Shown here piece by piece: positions 35,043 to 45,901 of a stretch of DNA of 64,000 nt. A model generated the notes under the pieces. The model ran no database searches, had not been told where the DNA came from, and saw only the letters and a program-made list of their open reading frames with translations. The first letter of the stretch is position 1, and each line of letters opens with the position of its first letter. Location of the stretch: contig JAUPSS010000006.1 of assembly GCA_040285825.1 (NCBI GenBank), forward strand, positions 868,001 to 932,000, written 5' to 3'. Source of the stretch: Eukaryota sp. TZLM1-RC (taxonomy: Eukaryota; Protista; Metamonada: BaSk clade). The position numbers and the translations under genes were made by a program.

Positions 35043-37244
35043 TTAATGAAAAGCTTTCTCAGTTTGACCTACATATTCATGAAAAATATCAATCAAGAAG
35101 CTTTTCCCTGGATACTGAATCCACCATGGAAAACAAGATAATTCAACTAAATATCCATTCTTAATTAGTTCAACAGATTCAATTAAACCTTGATTAATCA
35201 GTACTGCAGGAAATAGGGATGAGCTTGATAGACTATCTTTATCAGATTCAATCATTTGAATAAATCTCAAAGAAGGGAAGTTTTGCTCAATGATATTGCT
35301 GGGAACTTTTTCATGAATAACTAACTCCTCCAAATTTGGTAATTGCATTTCACAACTGATCGACGGACAGCTCATTGTGACTCTAATTAGGGAATGAGGC
35401 AAAGGTATTTGTCCATCTAGTATACCTCGTGACTTAAGCACGACCAATTCTTTTAATGATGTAAGATAGCTAAAATCAGTCAGCATATAGACATCATGAA
35501 GCACTAACTTCACTAGTGAAGTGGGCAATTGTTCCATATTGTATGGATAATGAAGTACTAAACATTTGAGATTTGATAAATGCGCCAAGTGTAGCGAGTA
35601 CCTTTTCGGACGCATAAGCATTGTCTTGAGCTTTATAACCTCAACATTTGGGAAAAAGGAAAACAGTTGTGGGTCATAATCAACTTCACAGTAAACATCA
35701 AGCTGTTTAATTCCAGCATTAATTTCTTTGGAACATTGATAGTCGGTAGATAATTTCAATTGTAAATCACTGATATTTTCATTTAAATTCAAATCTCGAG
35801 GATCTTTTAAAAAGATCTTGTTTTGAATTGGATGAGCCCTGAACACCTCTTGAGCAAAGTGAGCTACTCTTTTACTTATACCACACTTGGTGTAAAATCT
35901 TGCCTTAATATATGGATGGTTGCCAAAAAGCTGTGGTAAATAACACAAATATTCCCAATAAACAAGCTTAATTAAACCACGAAACATTCTGCCTAAAGGT
36001 TGTTGTGGATGACGAAAACTGCCAAGTATTTCAGATCCAAATACTTTGACAGGTTGTGGTCGATCAATCAAATCAAATATACCTAATTGACCTTTGTCAT
36101 TGCTTCCCCAAGCCAAAACAGTGTTCTTGTTGTAGGCAAAAAGGAAGTTATAACCTACTGAAACTCTTTCTACATAAGTCAGTGTTTCAAAGCATATTGG
36201 TTCATCACTATCATTATAAAGATCACTTATTCTACTCAACTGACCCCAAACAAAAACTTTACCACAATTATCAATGGCAGCATAAACACCTTTACAACCA
36301 TTAATAAAAAGAATATTAGTCAACCCTGGAACTTTGGTGGGTGGGTCATCAAAGGTAACATCATCACTATCCTTAAAGAACTTCCAAACATCACCATTGA
36401 CATCAATAACAAATAAATAATTATCGTAAAGAAAGAAAGAACCCTTGGATGGTTCTTTCGTAGATATATGCTGGGGGACTCTTATCTTCAATAGTCCAAA
36501 AAATTGTGCAAAAACGTGATAGAAATCACCATTTAAATCAACTGCAACAAAAGAATGACGGTCAACGGACATTGAAACAATATTATTTAGTCCTTCAATT
36601 AATTCAACACATCCACTATTTCCACATTTAACAATTTTACCTTCTTGTGTCAAAGCAAAAGATAAACGATGATCACAATAAACTTCCTTAATTTTATAAG
36701 GAATGTTTGTTTTAGTGATTGGTAGTTTGTTACTACTTGATTCAATGATTTGGTTAGCTTTATTACCTCCCCAACCATACAACTTACCGTCAGAAGAGAT
36801 GGCAAGGGAGTGAATACTACCAGCTGAAATGTCTTGAATATCATTTAAAGGTAATTTGATTGGTGATTTGATTGATTCAGGTCCATCATAGAGAACTTGG
36901 CCAAAATGATTCTTCCCCCAACCATAAACCTCACCAGAATGGGTGACAAGAAGTGTGTGACCATCACTGCTACAAATGGACTTTACTCCAACCGACCGTT
37001 CTGGTCGATCGGAATTTGGGTCACCCAACATATCTTGTTGAACAGAATCGTTTTCCATGGATGTAAGGCTGATGGTTCTTGAAAAGGGATAGTTGGAATC
37101 TACGGAAGAACTCACGGGGATTGACGAGGGGATTTGAGGAGAGAATGAATTAGAAGACGAATGTGATGTATGGTAAAAATGGCGCTCCGGTAAAAAAGAA
37201 GACATATCATGGCGGCCAGATGCAGGAGCAAAGTACTTGGACAT
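35043..37244 (-). CDS. RCC1-repeat (beta-propeller) plus C-terminal LRR protein, 733 aa
   Basis: HTLLVTHSGEVYGWGKNHFGQ, ISAGSIHSLAISSDGKLYGWG, AWGSNDKGQLG; C-terminal QLPTSLVKLVL / LTSLKELVV repeats; intact ORF. Confidence 0.9.
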   Translation of the reverse strand: MSKYFAPASGRHDMSSFLPERHFYHTSHSSSNSFSPQIPSSIPVSSSVDSNYPFSRTISLTSMENDSVQQDMLGDPNSDRPERSVGVKSICSSDGHTLLVTHSGEVYGWGKNHFGQVLYDGPESIKSPIKLPLNDIQDISAGSIHSLAISSDGKLYGWGGNKANQIIESSSNKLPITKTNIPYKIKEVYCDHRLSFALTQEGKIVKCGNSGCVELIEGLNNIVSMSVDRHSFVAVDLNGDFYHVFAQFFGLLKIRVPQHISTKEPSKGSFFLYDNYLFVIDVNGDVWKFFKDSDDVTFDDPPTKVPGLTNILFINGCKGVYAAIDNCGKVFVWGQLSRISDLYNDSDEPICFETLTYVERVSVGYNFLFAYNKNTVLAWGSNDKGQLGIFDLIDRPQPVKVFGSEILGSFRHPQQPLGRMFRGLIKLVYWEYLCYLPQLFGNHPYIKARFYTKCGISKRVAHFAQEVFRAHPIQNKIFLKDPRDLNLNENISDLQLKLSTDYQCSKEINAGIKQLDVYCEVDYDPQLFSFFPNVEVIKLKTMLMRPKRYSLHLAHLSNLKCLVLHYPYNMEQLPTSLVKLVLHDVYMLTDFSYLTSLKELVVLKSRGILDGQIPLPHSLIRVTMSCPSISCEMQLPNLEELVIHEKVPSNIIEQNFPSLRFIQMIESDKDSLSSSSLFPAVLINQGLIESVELIKNGYLVELSCFPWWIQYPGKSFLIDIFHEYVGQTEKAFH

Positions 37245-37599
37245 TGAATGAATAACGGATTGGGGATCTTGAATTACAAAGTTGGTGATTAGGGAAAACA
37301 GTCAGCAATACGATACTCGAATCATCAACTAATGGAACTCTTTTTCAAGAAGCATTTCGTTTCTCGAATTCGAGATGTGACCAAAAACTTCGTCATGAGC
37401 TTCAATTGAGAACCATATCATATGAGTTTTCCTGACGATGTTGATTTATTGAACTTTCCAAGCGATTTTCTTGGAGATCTACAACTTGCCCATGATTATT
37501 GGTTTCCCTGAATTCGGTTTTAAACGTCTTCTCGTCATTGTGCAGGAAATACCATCTTTCACACTAGTAAAACACTAGTAAAATGAGGAATTGTGGTAA

Positions 37600-37852
37600 A
37601 ATATTGTAATCAAAGTCAACAACAGCTTTTGAAGACTTGGATTTTAATTACGTCTTGGCTCGTCTTTTGTACAATACGCCTTCGTTGTTTGATTTGGTCT
37701 GATAATGTGCACTATAATTTGATATGATTTGCAAATGTGGATCAAAAAATTATCCCCATCAACAATTCAATTGTAAACATTCTTTTACTTTCCCATCAAA
37801 AATTAATGATGCAGGATCAACTCTATTGTATGCCAAAATCGCATAGAATTGT
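37600..37852 (+). mobile_element. Highly degraded CRE-like family B fragment
   Basis: Patchy similarity to 34050-34400 (ttggatttt..., tgataat, aattgtaaacatt, catagaatt). Confidence 0.55.
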
Positions 37853-37874
37853 TCCCTATTTATTTCAAAAACGT

Positions 37875-38250
37875 GTACAAAACAACTAAACAAAATTAGG
37901 ACTCAATAATATTCAATACACGCATCTACATCATTAGGTCGTCATCAATCCGCGATTCTGGTACTTTATTCCTCATAATAACAGGGCTTTGGTTATCTTT
38001 TCGGGAACTGCTTCAAGAATACTGAAACAAATTCTGTTGTGCCAAAGATTGAAGTTCAAATCTTTTCCTACTCTTTCTTTTATAAGTCTATTGAAACCTT
38101 TGAGAAATTTGATTCCAGATATTTCAATGTTACCAAACAGAGAAGCAGCAAATAGAACTAGCTAATATTTCACAGGCTCTACACGTCCTAGTGAAGATAG
38201 GGGATCATTGTACTTTCTTATTCAGCTCTTTTCCGCAAAGCTGAGTGAAT
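37875..38250 (-). mobile_element. Degraded 3' end of a CRE-like element
   Basis: Minus strand: LGRVEPVKY*LVLFAASLFGNIE...LWHNRICFSILEAVPEKITKAL, homologous to the family A C-terminus. Confidence 0.75.
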
Positions 38251-39068
38251 GTTTATATCATGTTTGCATTTAGTCGTAATCTCGCTACTTTACTAGCACA
38301 TAGACCAAACTTTGATCTGTTGAGTGATTTACCCATTTGGTTACTGCATTATTTATTCATCACAAATACTGGAAAGACGATTTCCCTCAAATTCAGCGCA
38401 TGGGCACATTTGTACAATACACTATAAGTAAATACTATAATCACAAATATTATCCAAGGCTAACAATATGAAGAAAGGTGAATCGTGTGTATAAAAATAT
38501 TATTGTTAGTACAGTTTACAATCAACATCTACCCTCCCTGCTGTGATGGTGAGTTTGAGAAACACACTCTAAACCACATATTTTATATACAATCGACATA
38601 AGAAAAGATTTTCTATTTTGTGATAATCAAACCACACTGAAGCTGCATAATATGCATATATTAATTCATGTTCTGCAGAAAAACTAATAAACTGCTATCA
38701 ATGACTAATCAAATTCTAGCTGCTAGCTATTGCCAATCTATGATTGCAAAGAGATTAGAACTCTCATGTTCAAAGGGAACAATGTGCTTCTTCTGCTTCT
38801 AGCGATGTGTCCTGCTACATAAAGCAAACTTTCTGAATGCAATAGTGCTGAATGTATTCATGTATATTGATATAACAGAAGATTTATTGACGTACTGATT
38901 CTATATAAGCATAAACAGACGAACTACGGACTAGTCTAAGTGAAGAGCGGACGAACTACAGACCAGACTAGGTCCACTTGATCCTAGTCCGAAGTTTAAA
39001 TTTTCTCCCATTTGTAGACTTCGACACTGTCATTTATGAGCAAAAAACCCCAATCTGTTGTCAATTCA

Positions 39069-41384
39069 ATGTCCAGCCATTCTACTCCCTCATTTCACGG
39101 CGATGTTACGCCTTCTCCTTTACCAACGTGCTGCCGTGAAGATACATCGCCTTCGTCGTCTGATTCATACTCCCCCCGTATCCCCTCTTCAATCCCCGTT
39201 AACTGTTTCATGGATTCCCATCATGCCTTTTCAAGAACGATGGATCTCTCCTCTGACAAGCAAGATTCTTCTCACCCTTCCCTCATTAGATCTGTCAATG
39301 ACGACCTGAAATCAAATTTGCCTCTTATTGCTCTTCCTTCATCGATGGACATGACTTCAAACCATTGTATTCTTCCCAAGTCTTCCATATCAAGTGCATG
39401 TGAAGATGTGTCGGCCGATCCAAGTGCCCATCGATCGGAAAGCTTAGTTGGGGTTAAGTCAATTTCCTGTGGTGATTTGCACTCCCTTCTTCTCACATAT
39501 TCTGGTGAGTTTTATGGTTGGGGGAATAATGTTGGTAGTCAAGTTCTCTATGATGGACCTGAATCAATCAAATCACCAATCAAAACAGCTTTTAATGATA
39601 TTCAAGCCATTTCAGCTGGAGTGAATCACTCTTTTGCCCTCTCTTCTGACGGTAAGTTGTATGGTTGGGGTATTAATAGATTAAACCAAATCAATAGATC
39701 AAGTAGTCACAAACTACCAATCACTGAAATAAACATTCCTTATGAAATTAAGGAAGTTTATGGTTCTGCTGTTTCCTTTGCTTTAACCCAGGAAGGTCAA
39801 GTTGTTAAATGGGGAGATGATAAATCATTTGAATTAATCAAAGGCCTAAATAATATTGTTTCAATGTCCGTTTATTGTGTTGATTTTGTCGCAGTTGATT
39901 TAAATGGTGATTTCTTCTTCTCTGACCGTCATCAACTTTGCAGGATACCAGTCACTCAGCGTATATCTACGAAAGAACCATCCCAGGGTTCTTTTTTGCT
40001 TGTTGGCAATTATTTATTTGTTATTGATGTCAATGGTGATGTTTGGATGTTCAGCAAGAATAATTTATTTGGTCCTTTCTGCGACAAACCCACCAAAGTT
40101 CCAGGGTTGACTAATATTGTTTTCATCAATGGTTGTAATGGTATTTATGCTGCCATTGATAATAGTGGTAAAGTTTCTGTATGGGGTCAGTTGAGTAGAA
40201 TAAGTGATCTTCACGAAGATAGTGATGAACCAAAATGTATCGAAGCTTTCACTAATATAGAAGGAATTTCAGTGGGTCAAAACTTCCTTTTTGCCTACAA
40301 CAAAAACACTGTTTGGGCTTGGGGAAGGAACTATAAAGGTCAATTAGGTACAGGTGATTTGATTGATCGACCACATCCTGTCAAAGTATTTGGATCTGAA
40401 ATACTTGGCAGTTTTCGTCATCCAAGACAACCTTTAGGCAGAGTGTTTAGTGGTCCAGCCAAATTAATTTATTTTGAATATTTACAATATTTGAAAAACT
40501 TGTTTGGAAATTGTCGTTATCCAAAAGCCAGATTCTATACCAAATGTGGTATTAGCAAAAAGGTTGCCAAAATTTCCAAGAAAGTTATTAATCGTTTTGA
40601 ATTTTTAAAAGATACCGAAAATTTAAATTTAAATGAAAATATTTGTGAATTACAATTGCGATTATCTACTGGTTATCAATGTCCCAAAGTTATTAATAGT
40701 AGAATTGAAAAACTTGAGATACACTATGATGAAGTTGATTATGATCCAGAGTTATTGACATTTTTCCCAAATGTAGAGGAGATTAAGCTCAGTACGTTGT
40801 TGGTATTCCGTTGGATTTCTTTAAACTTGGCGCATTTATCAAATCTCAAATGTTTAGAGCTTCATTATCCATTCAATATAGAACAATTACCTGCTTCACT
40901 AGTGAAGTTAGTGCTTACACGGGACGATATGGATGTTACAGATTTTAGCTATCTTGCATCATTAAAAGAGTTGGTGGTGATGTCTTATCGTCTTTCACCA
41001 AGTATATTAGAAGGACAAATACATTTACCTCAATCCATTGTTAGATTGGAAGTATTGTGTCAGACACCCAATATTTACATACAATTAAAGAGCTTGAAGG
41101 AATTGGTAATTATTGACAAAGTTCCCGCCAAAATCACTGAACAAAACTTTCCTTCTTTGAAATTTATTCAATTTATTAAATCAATTGAATTCAGTCTGTC
41201 AAGTTCTCCCCTATCTCCAAGACCATTTATTAATCAAGGTTTATTCAAATCTGTTAAACTAATCAAGAATGAATTTTTAGTTGAATTATCTTGTTTTCCA
41301 TGGTGGATTCAGTATCCAGCCAAAAGGTCTTTGTTTGATATTTTTCATGGTTATTTAGATGAAAGTTTAGAATCTTTTCAGTAA
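39069..41384 (+). CDS. RCC1-repeat plus C-terminal LRR protein, paralogue of 35043-37244
   Basis: Same architecture with long identical blocks (PVKVFGSEILGSFRHP, KARFYTKCGISK, VELSCFPWWIQYP). Start placed at 39069 because its context (ccccaatc.gtt...ttcaATGTCC) matches the paralogue; an upstream in-frame ATG exists at 39036. Confidence 0.9.
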   Translation: MSSHSTPSFHGDVTPSPLPTCCREDTSPSSSDSYSPRIPSSIPVNCFMDSHHAFSRTMDLSSDKQDSSHPSLIRSVNDDLKSNLPLIALPSSMDMTSNHCILPKSSISSACEDVSADPSAHRSESLVGVKSISCGDLHSLLLTYSGEFYGWGNNVGSQVLYDGPESIKSPIKTAFNDIQAISAGVNHSFALSSDGKLYGWGINRLNQINRSSSHKLPITEINIPYEIKEVYGSAVSFALTQEGQVVKWGDDKSFELIKGLNNIVSMSVYCVDFVAVDLNGDFFFSDRHQLCRIPVTQRISTKEPSQGSFLLVGNYLFVIDVNGDVWMFSKNNLFGPFCDKPTKVPGLTNIVFINGCNGIYAAIDNSGKVSVWGQLSRISDLHEDSDEPKCIEAFTNIEGISVGQNFLFAYNKNTVWAWGRNYKGQLGTGDLIDRPHPVKVFGSEILGSFRHPRQPLGRVFSGPAKLIYFEYLQYLKNLFGNCRYPKARFYTKCGISKKVAKISKKVINRFEFLKDTENLNLNENICELQLRLSTGYQCPKVINSRIEKLEIHYDEVDYDPELLTFFPNVEEIKLSTLLVFRWISLNLAHLSNLKCLELHYPFNIEQLPASLVKLVLTRDDMDVTDFSYLASLKELVVMSYRLSPSILEGQIHLPQSIVRLEVLCQTPNIYIQLKSLKELVIIDKVPAKITEQNFPSLKFIQFIKSIEFSLSSSPLSPRPFINQGLFKSVKLIKNEFLVELSCFPWWIQYPAKRSLFDIFHGYLDESLESFQ

Positions 41385-42083
41385 GCAATAGCTTAGCTTA
41401 ATGATTGGATTATGTGGGTTTTCTGTGATTATTTTCCTGTTCTTATCAATGTGTTTATTTATATTTTTCCCGAAATAATGGGGATTTAAATTCACAATCC
41501 TCAGGTTTGATTGTCTTTGTTGATTCTGTTTTAAATTCTTCCAAGTCTTTACTCTGATTATTTTTTGAATAATTTCAATTATCCATTTCAAATTTCAAAT
41601 TTTTATCAATTTTTTGTATTCTTATTGTGAATAATGACCATCTGATGAACTTTGATGGAAAACCTGATTAGGAAACTTTTGCAGTTGTTGAAGAGGGAAT
41701 ATCGTATTGTTCAAGGCACTATGGGGAATGGCACCAAGAAATGAAATTCTAGATACCCTCTTTTCTCAGAAAATTAGCAATTTTGCTTTTACACCATATA
41801 ATTTGTCACTTTCTTAACTAAAAAGGATCCTGAACAGGAAAAACAACTACCAACTGTCCTGAAATACAAGCAAGAAACTCCTTCTCCTCAAACTGTTTCG
41901 AAGATAAAGTCTTGGGAAGCGAAAAGACATGGTGGTGAAATTCCCAAAGGCAGTGCAGCCAGTGAAATTGAGAGTAAAACAGCCAAAGAGGAAGTTCAAC
42001 CTGCACCAGCCCATAGACCAGAGAAGAAGGGATTCAAGAGGAGTTTGATTGAGGAGGAGATGAATATGGGATTTTATTAGAAG

Positions 42084-42824
42084 TTTTTTTAAACTGGAAT
42101 ATTTATTGAGATAAAAAAATCTATCTAGAATTCAATATCCTCCAAACAAGCGTCACTATTACTGAACCTACTCATAGCATTACGTTCATATTCTACACCA
42201 ATAGCTAAAAGTACCATTGAAATCATGGTTTGGAATAGACTTGAAAATGCAATAAACAGTTCTATTTAACCAGAAAGTGGAATTCACTTTATTTACCAGA
42301 CCTATTCAGTAACACTTTTTTTGAAAATTTCAAAAATGTGCGACCCTGAAAGTCCAATATTGCCAAAAAGAGAAATTACAAACGGTACAAACTGATATTT
42401 CACATGTTCCACTCTACCTAACTGTGCCAAAGGTTCTTCATATTTTTTATCTTCTTTTTTTCGGCGTTAGATAACGGCGAATCAGCAGAATACACTAAAC
42501 GAGCAGCAGAATTTTTGCAAACATCAACTGAGACAACATCTACAACATTGAGAACACCTGGAGCTACTAAATCTGCCCTTCTTTTACCAAAGGAATCATC
42601 AGTTTGATCTGAAGACAGCTTACGTATTAATGGCTCAATAAATGCCTCAATACTGAAACTTTTGCACATGGCATATAATTGATCACGAACTGAGTCATGA
42701 ACAATTGAGCAATAAGTTATACAATACTTACAGTTTTAAATGTGGGAAAGCGTAACAACACTCTTGCAGCGACAAATTAAATCATTTGGTAATGAACAAG
42801 GCCATAGAAAACATCTCATTCTCA
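42084..42824 (-). mobile_element. 5'-truncated copy of CRE-like family A
   Basis: Reverse complement matches about 27178-27930; T7 tail at 42084-42090; probable 10-bp TSD TTATTAGAAG (42074-42083) / TTATTAGCAG (42825-42834). Confidence 0.9.
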
Positions 42825-43456
42825 TTATTAGCAGTTGATTAAATGATATTTGCTTGGACTATAATTTGATACAATTACCATCAAAAGTAAGAAAACACCG
42901 ATTACTATGTTTCCTACAATTATATCAACTATATTTTACTCATATCCATATCTTTTCCACCAAAGGTCCATTTTTGTCAAAGTAGTTCCTCCAAGATCAA
43001 CGGACAAATTTCCTCGCTAGTCTCTGATCAATGGTATAATGATTCATGATGTTTTCCTGTTTTTTTAATATTGACAGGAAAAGAATCAAAAATTGTTTTG
43101 TAGAAAAACGCCTTATGGAAGATTAAGTGTTTGTTGATGCATCAATAGCGCCATTGGCTGAATTTCACACAATAAACTAATCCATAAACAAGAGATAACG
43201 TTAGAAAGGATACCTGGGTTATATCAAACCGACACAATCAACTAAAACAGTTACAAACAAGAGAAAAGATTCACTCAATGTTAGAAAACCGACCTATTTC
43301 TGACATATACAGGTCAACTGATAATACAGCTTGCCCTAATAACATTCAAACCAACAACAACAACAAATAGTTGGACAACCTATGTTGGGATTCAAACACT
43401 GGTTTCAATGTTTCTTTTCAGGGAAGAAAATCCGAGTTGAATACAAATAGGTATTT

Positions 43457-43850
43457 ATGATTTCACATCCACATTGTTCCTTGTACAATTTAAAGGATTT
43501 GGTGAAGAAGGCTGTGGCGAACATTGTCTATGTTAATGTTAGTGAATAAAATCTTAACCAAAAAAATTTGGTAATGAAAAAGCTAATGCACTCTTTTAAG
43601 CCATAAAAAAAGAATAGAATTCCACTCTTTCTACTTAAGATCTCCTTTAACAACATCATTGATCCCGTATGTGTTAGCACATTTGCCCGTGCCCTAGAAT
43701 ATAGCTCCACTCTCTCTGTATTGTCTCATTCCAACAACAACATTGTCCTGAAGGAACATGCTCCAAAATCCCATTCCACTCTTTCTCAATTTTATCTTTC
43801 CAAAAGCAACATTGGCAATTCAGCCGGATCCAAGCTTGAACAAATAACAT
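43457..43850 (+). pseudogene. RI-like LRR gene remnant
   Basis: MISHPHCSLYNLKDLVKKAVANIV.. then FARALEYSSTLS; homologous to 15416-15845. Confidence 0.7.
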
Positions 43851-44084
43851 CTTATCGTCCTTTTCTAAGGATTTTTTGTTAATGAACACCTTTTTAAATT
43901 ATTCTATTAAGCAATCTTAATTTGCACCATTAAATTTTCCAAAAATTAATACAACAAATCAGCTGATGTTCAACTATTTACAAGCAAATCAAAACTTCGG
44001 ATTGGAGTGAAATTCATTCAGGGAACTTTTGTTTGCTTATTCATTTAAGTCATTTAATATAAAATATGAAAATATAAAATGCAC

Positions 44085-44660
44085 AATTAAAACTCCACAT
44101 CATCAAAACCTGCCTCCTTTAAAACAAAACAATTAAATGCCAAAGATTCAAAAAAATTTCCCAAAAGAAGAAAGTGAATCAGAAATCAGTTTCACCATTC
44201 CCTTAAAAATTGTAAATACAATCCTGCTTTGCCAGTAAACACGATTGAAAATTTCTTCCAGTTTTTCCCTTTGCAACTACAACAAAAAAATCCTCAAGGA
44301 AAGCCAAAGCAGCCTTACCTGGAGATCCAAGCAAAGCAAAAACAAAAGGACATTGATTATATTGGGCACGAGAATTTTCATTAATCGAGGAAATGGGTTT
44401 TGCATATTTAGCAATTTTTTATTTTTCGCCTGCAAGGAGAGGATTATTTACATCCGAGATAATGAGCTGTTCGTTAGAAAAATTACAGGGGTCAATAGAC
44501 AAGCAACAAAAGCACCTTCAATAGCATTAATACCAAGTTGGACAGGTTTCAAATCGTCCCTTGCCTTAGAAGAAATTCATTAAAAATAAGAGAATAAAGC
44601 AATCTGGTGAAAGAGTCTCCAATAGCAATTGGTCCAACTCCATCAGGTTTGTTACTTGTT
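44085..44660 (-). mobile_element. Scrambled CRE-like fragments (RT start joined to RLE and 3' end)
   Basis: KPDGVGPIAIGDS, GINAIEGAFVA, LLGSPGKAAL..., RIVFTIFKGMVKLISDSL; same fragments at about 62200-62770. Confidence 0.75.
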
Positions 44661-45404
44661 TTCTGGTTTAACATAAGCACTTGTGTATCACAAACAGAAT
44701 TTTGAGTTTTAAAAATCAGAAAACTCCAAACAATAGCTTTTTGGTCAACCATGAAATTTTCAAAATGTGTTGTTATCCTTCGCTAAGACGAATATAGTTT
44801 AACTTCTGTCAAAGGTTAGGCATTCATTCCTTCTCAGTCTACAGAAAGGGATGTATTTCAGTAGTTGAAAAAGAGGATTGGGAAATGACTTTTCTGGTCT
44901 TTGATACCTAACAAATCATGGTTTTTACCAAGAACTAACACTTTTTAATAACTGAACAACGAGCCATAAGTAAAGCTTTGACCTCCACCAACACCATCAA
45001 TTGAATGTAGTTAATATAACGAGGAAGAGCTATCAATAACGAAAATAGAATTCTGATCTTCCATATCATATGAGCGAATCTACAACCACTTTCCATTGAG
45101 AAGAATTCCCCGGTCATCTAAAAAATTGAAATCTTCAGTTCCGAGGGTATGAAATTGATGTATTTACCCAGTGCCCCATTGGACTTCTTTTTCTATCCCT
45201 TGGAAGGCTCAAGAACATTGAGTAAATGTCGAATGTCAGAATTTGAGACTCTGTTCCATGGAGATCGAGTTGTAAAATCAACAATTGCCCAAAAATTTGG
45301 AACTATAATACATTTTGGTGACAACACTCAACCATTTCATGTCATTACGATTCCTCAATACCGGAAATGATATTTCTTCCATCAATCTACGATGAATTCA
45401 TTTC

Positions 45405-45474
45405 AAGACCAAGTGTATCGCCTTGTTTAACACCTAAAGACGAAAGCAGGTCAAAGTTTTCATAGACCAATGTG
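45405..45474 (-). mobile_element. Short RT fragment of CRE-like family A
   Basis: Reverse complement cacattggtctatgaaaactttgacctgctttcgtctttaggtgttaaacaaggcgat matches about 26093-26148. Confidence 0.75.
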
Positions 45475-45901
45475 TTGTCTAAACTGAAAGAACAATGATG
45501 TGATGTGATGTTTTTTGGCGTTCACGAATTCAATTTGCCATTACTAATAGATTACCACGGTTTTTCAATAGAATAGGAGAAGCTGTAGCTAGACAGCAAG
45601 CAGATCAAAATTTTGTAGAGGAAATTTTGGCTCAATGATAGTCGTCCCATTAGTTAATTTAATTAAGTGCGCAGGTTCAACTAATTATACATTTGTTGGT
45701 TCATAAATAGTACAATAGTATAATGAGGGAAATAAGGAGGAAAACAACAACTGCCCAAATGCCGAACTTATTGATCATTTGCTGTTCGTTTAGCAATTTT
45801 TTGGTTTTGTTTAGTAATTCAAAGTCAATGCCTTTAATGCCGATTTCACAAATTACGAAATGCTTCCAATTCACAATCATTGAAGTTAAATCAAACAACC
45901 A

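Larger units (their letters stand above)
42833..45322 (+). repeat. Segmental duplication, copy 1 (about 2.5 kb; copy 2 at 60942-63433)
   Basis: Collinear, highly similar sequence with matching small ORFs in both copies; contains an LRR pseudogene and CRE fragments. Confidence 0.95.

Noticed and set aside
38760-38995. Possible P-element-like remnant (minus strand LLYVAGHIAR; GACGAACTAC twice)
   Set aside because: One short motif only; no TIR pair, TSD or further transposase similarity found.
41800-42080. Open plus-strand frame (KDPEQEKQLPTV...EEEMNMGFY)
   Set aside because: No start codon, splice evidence or homology that I can support.
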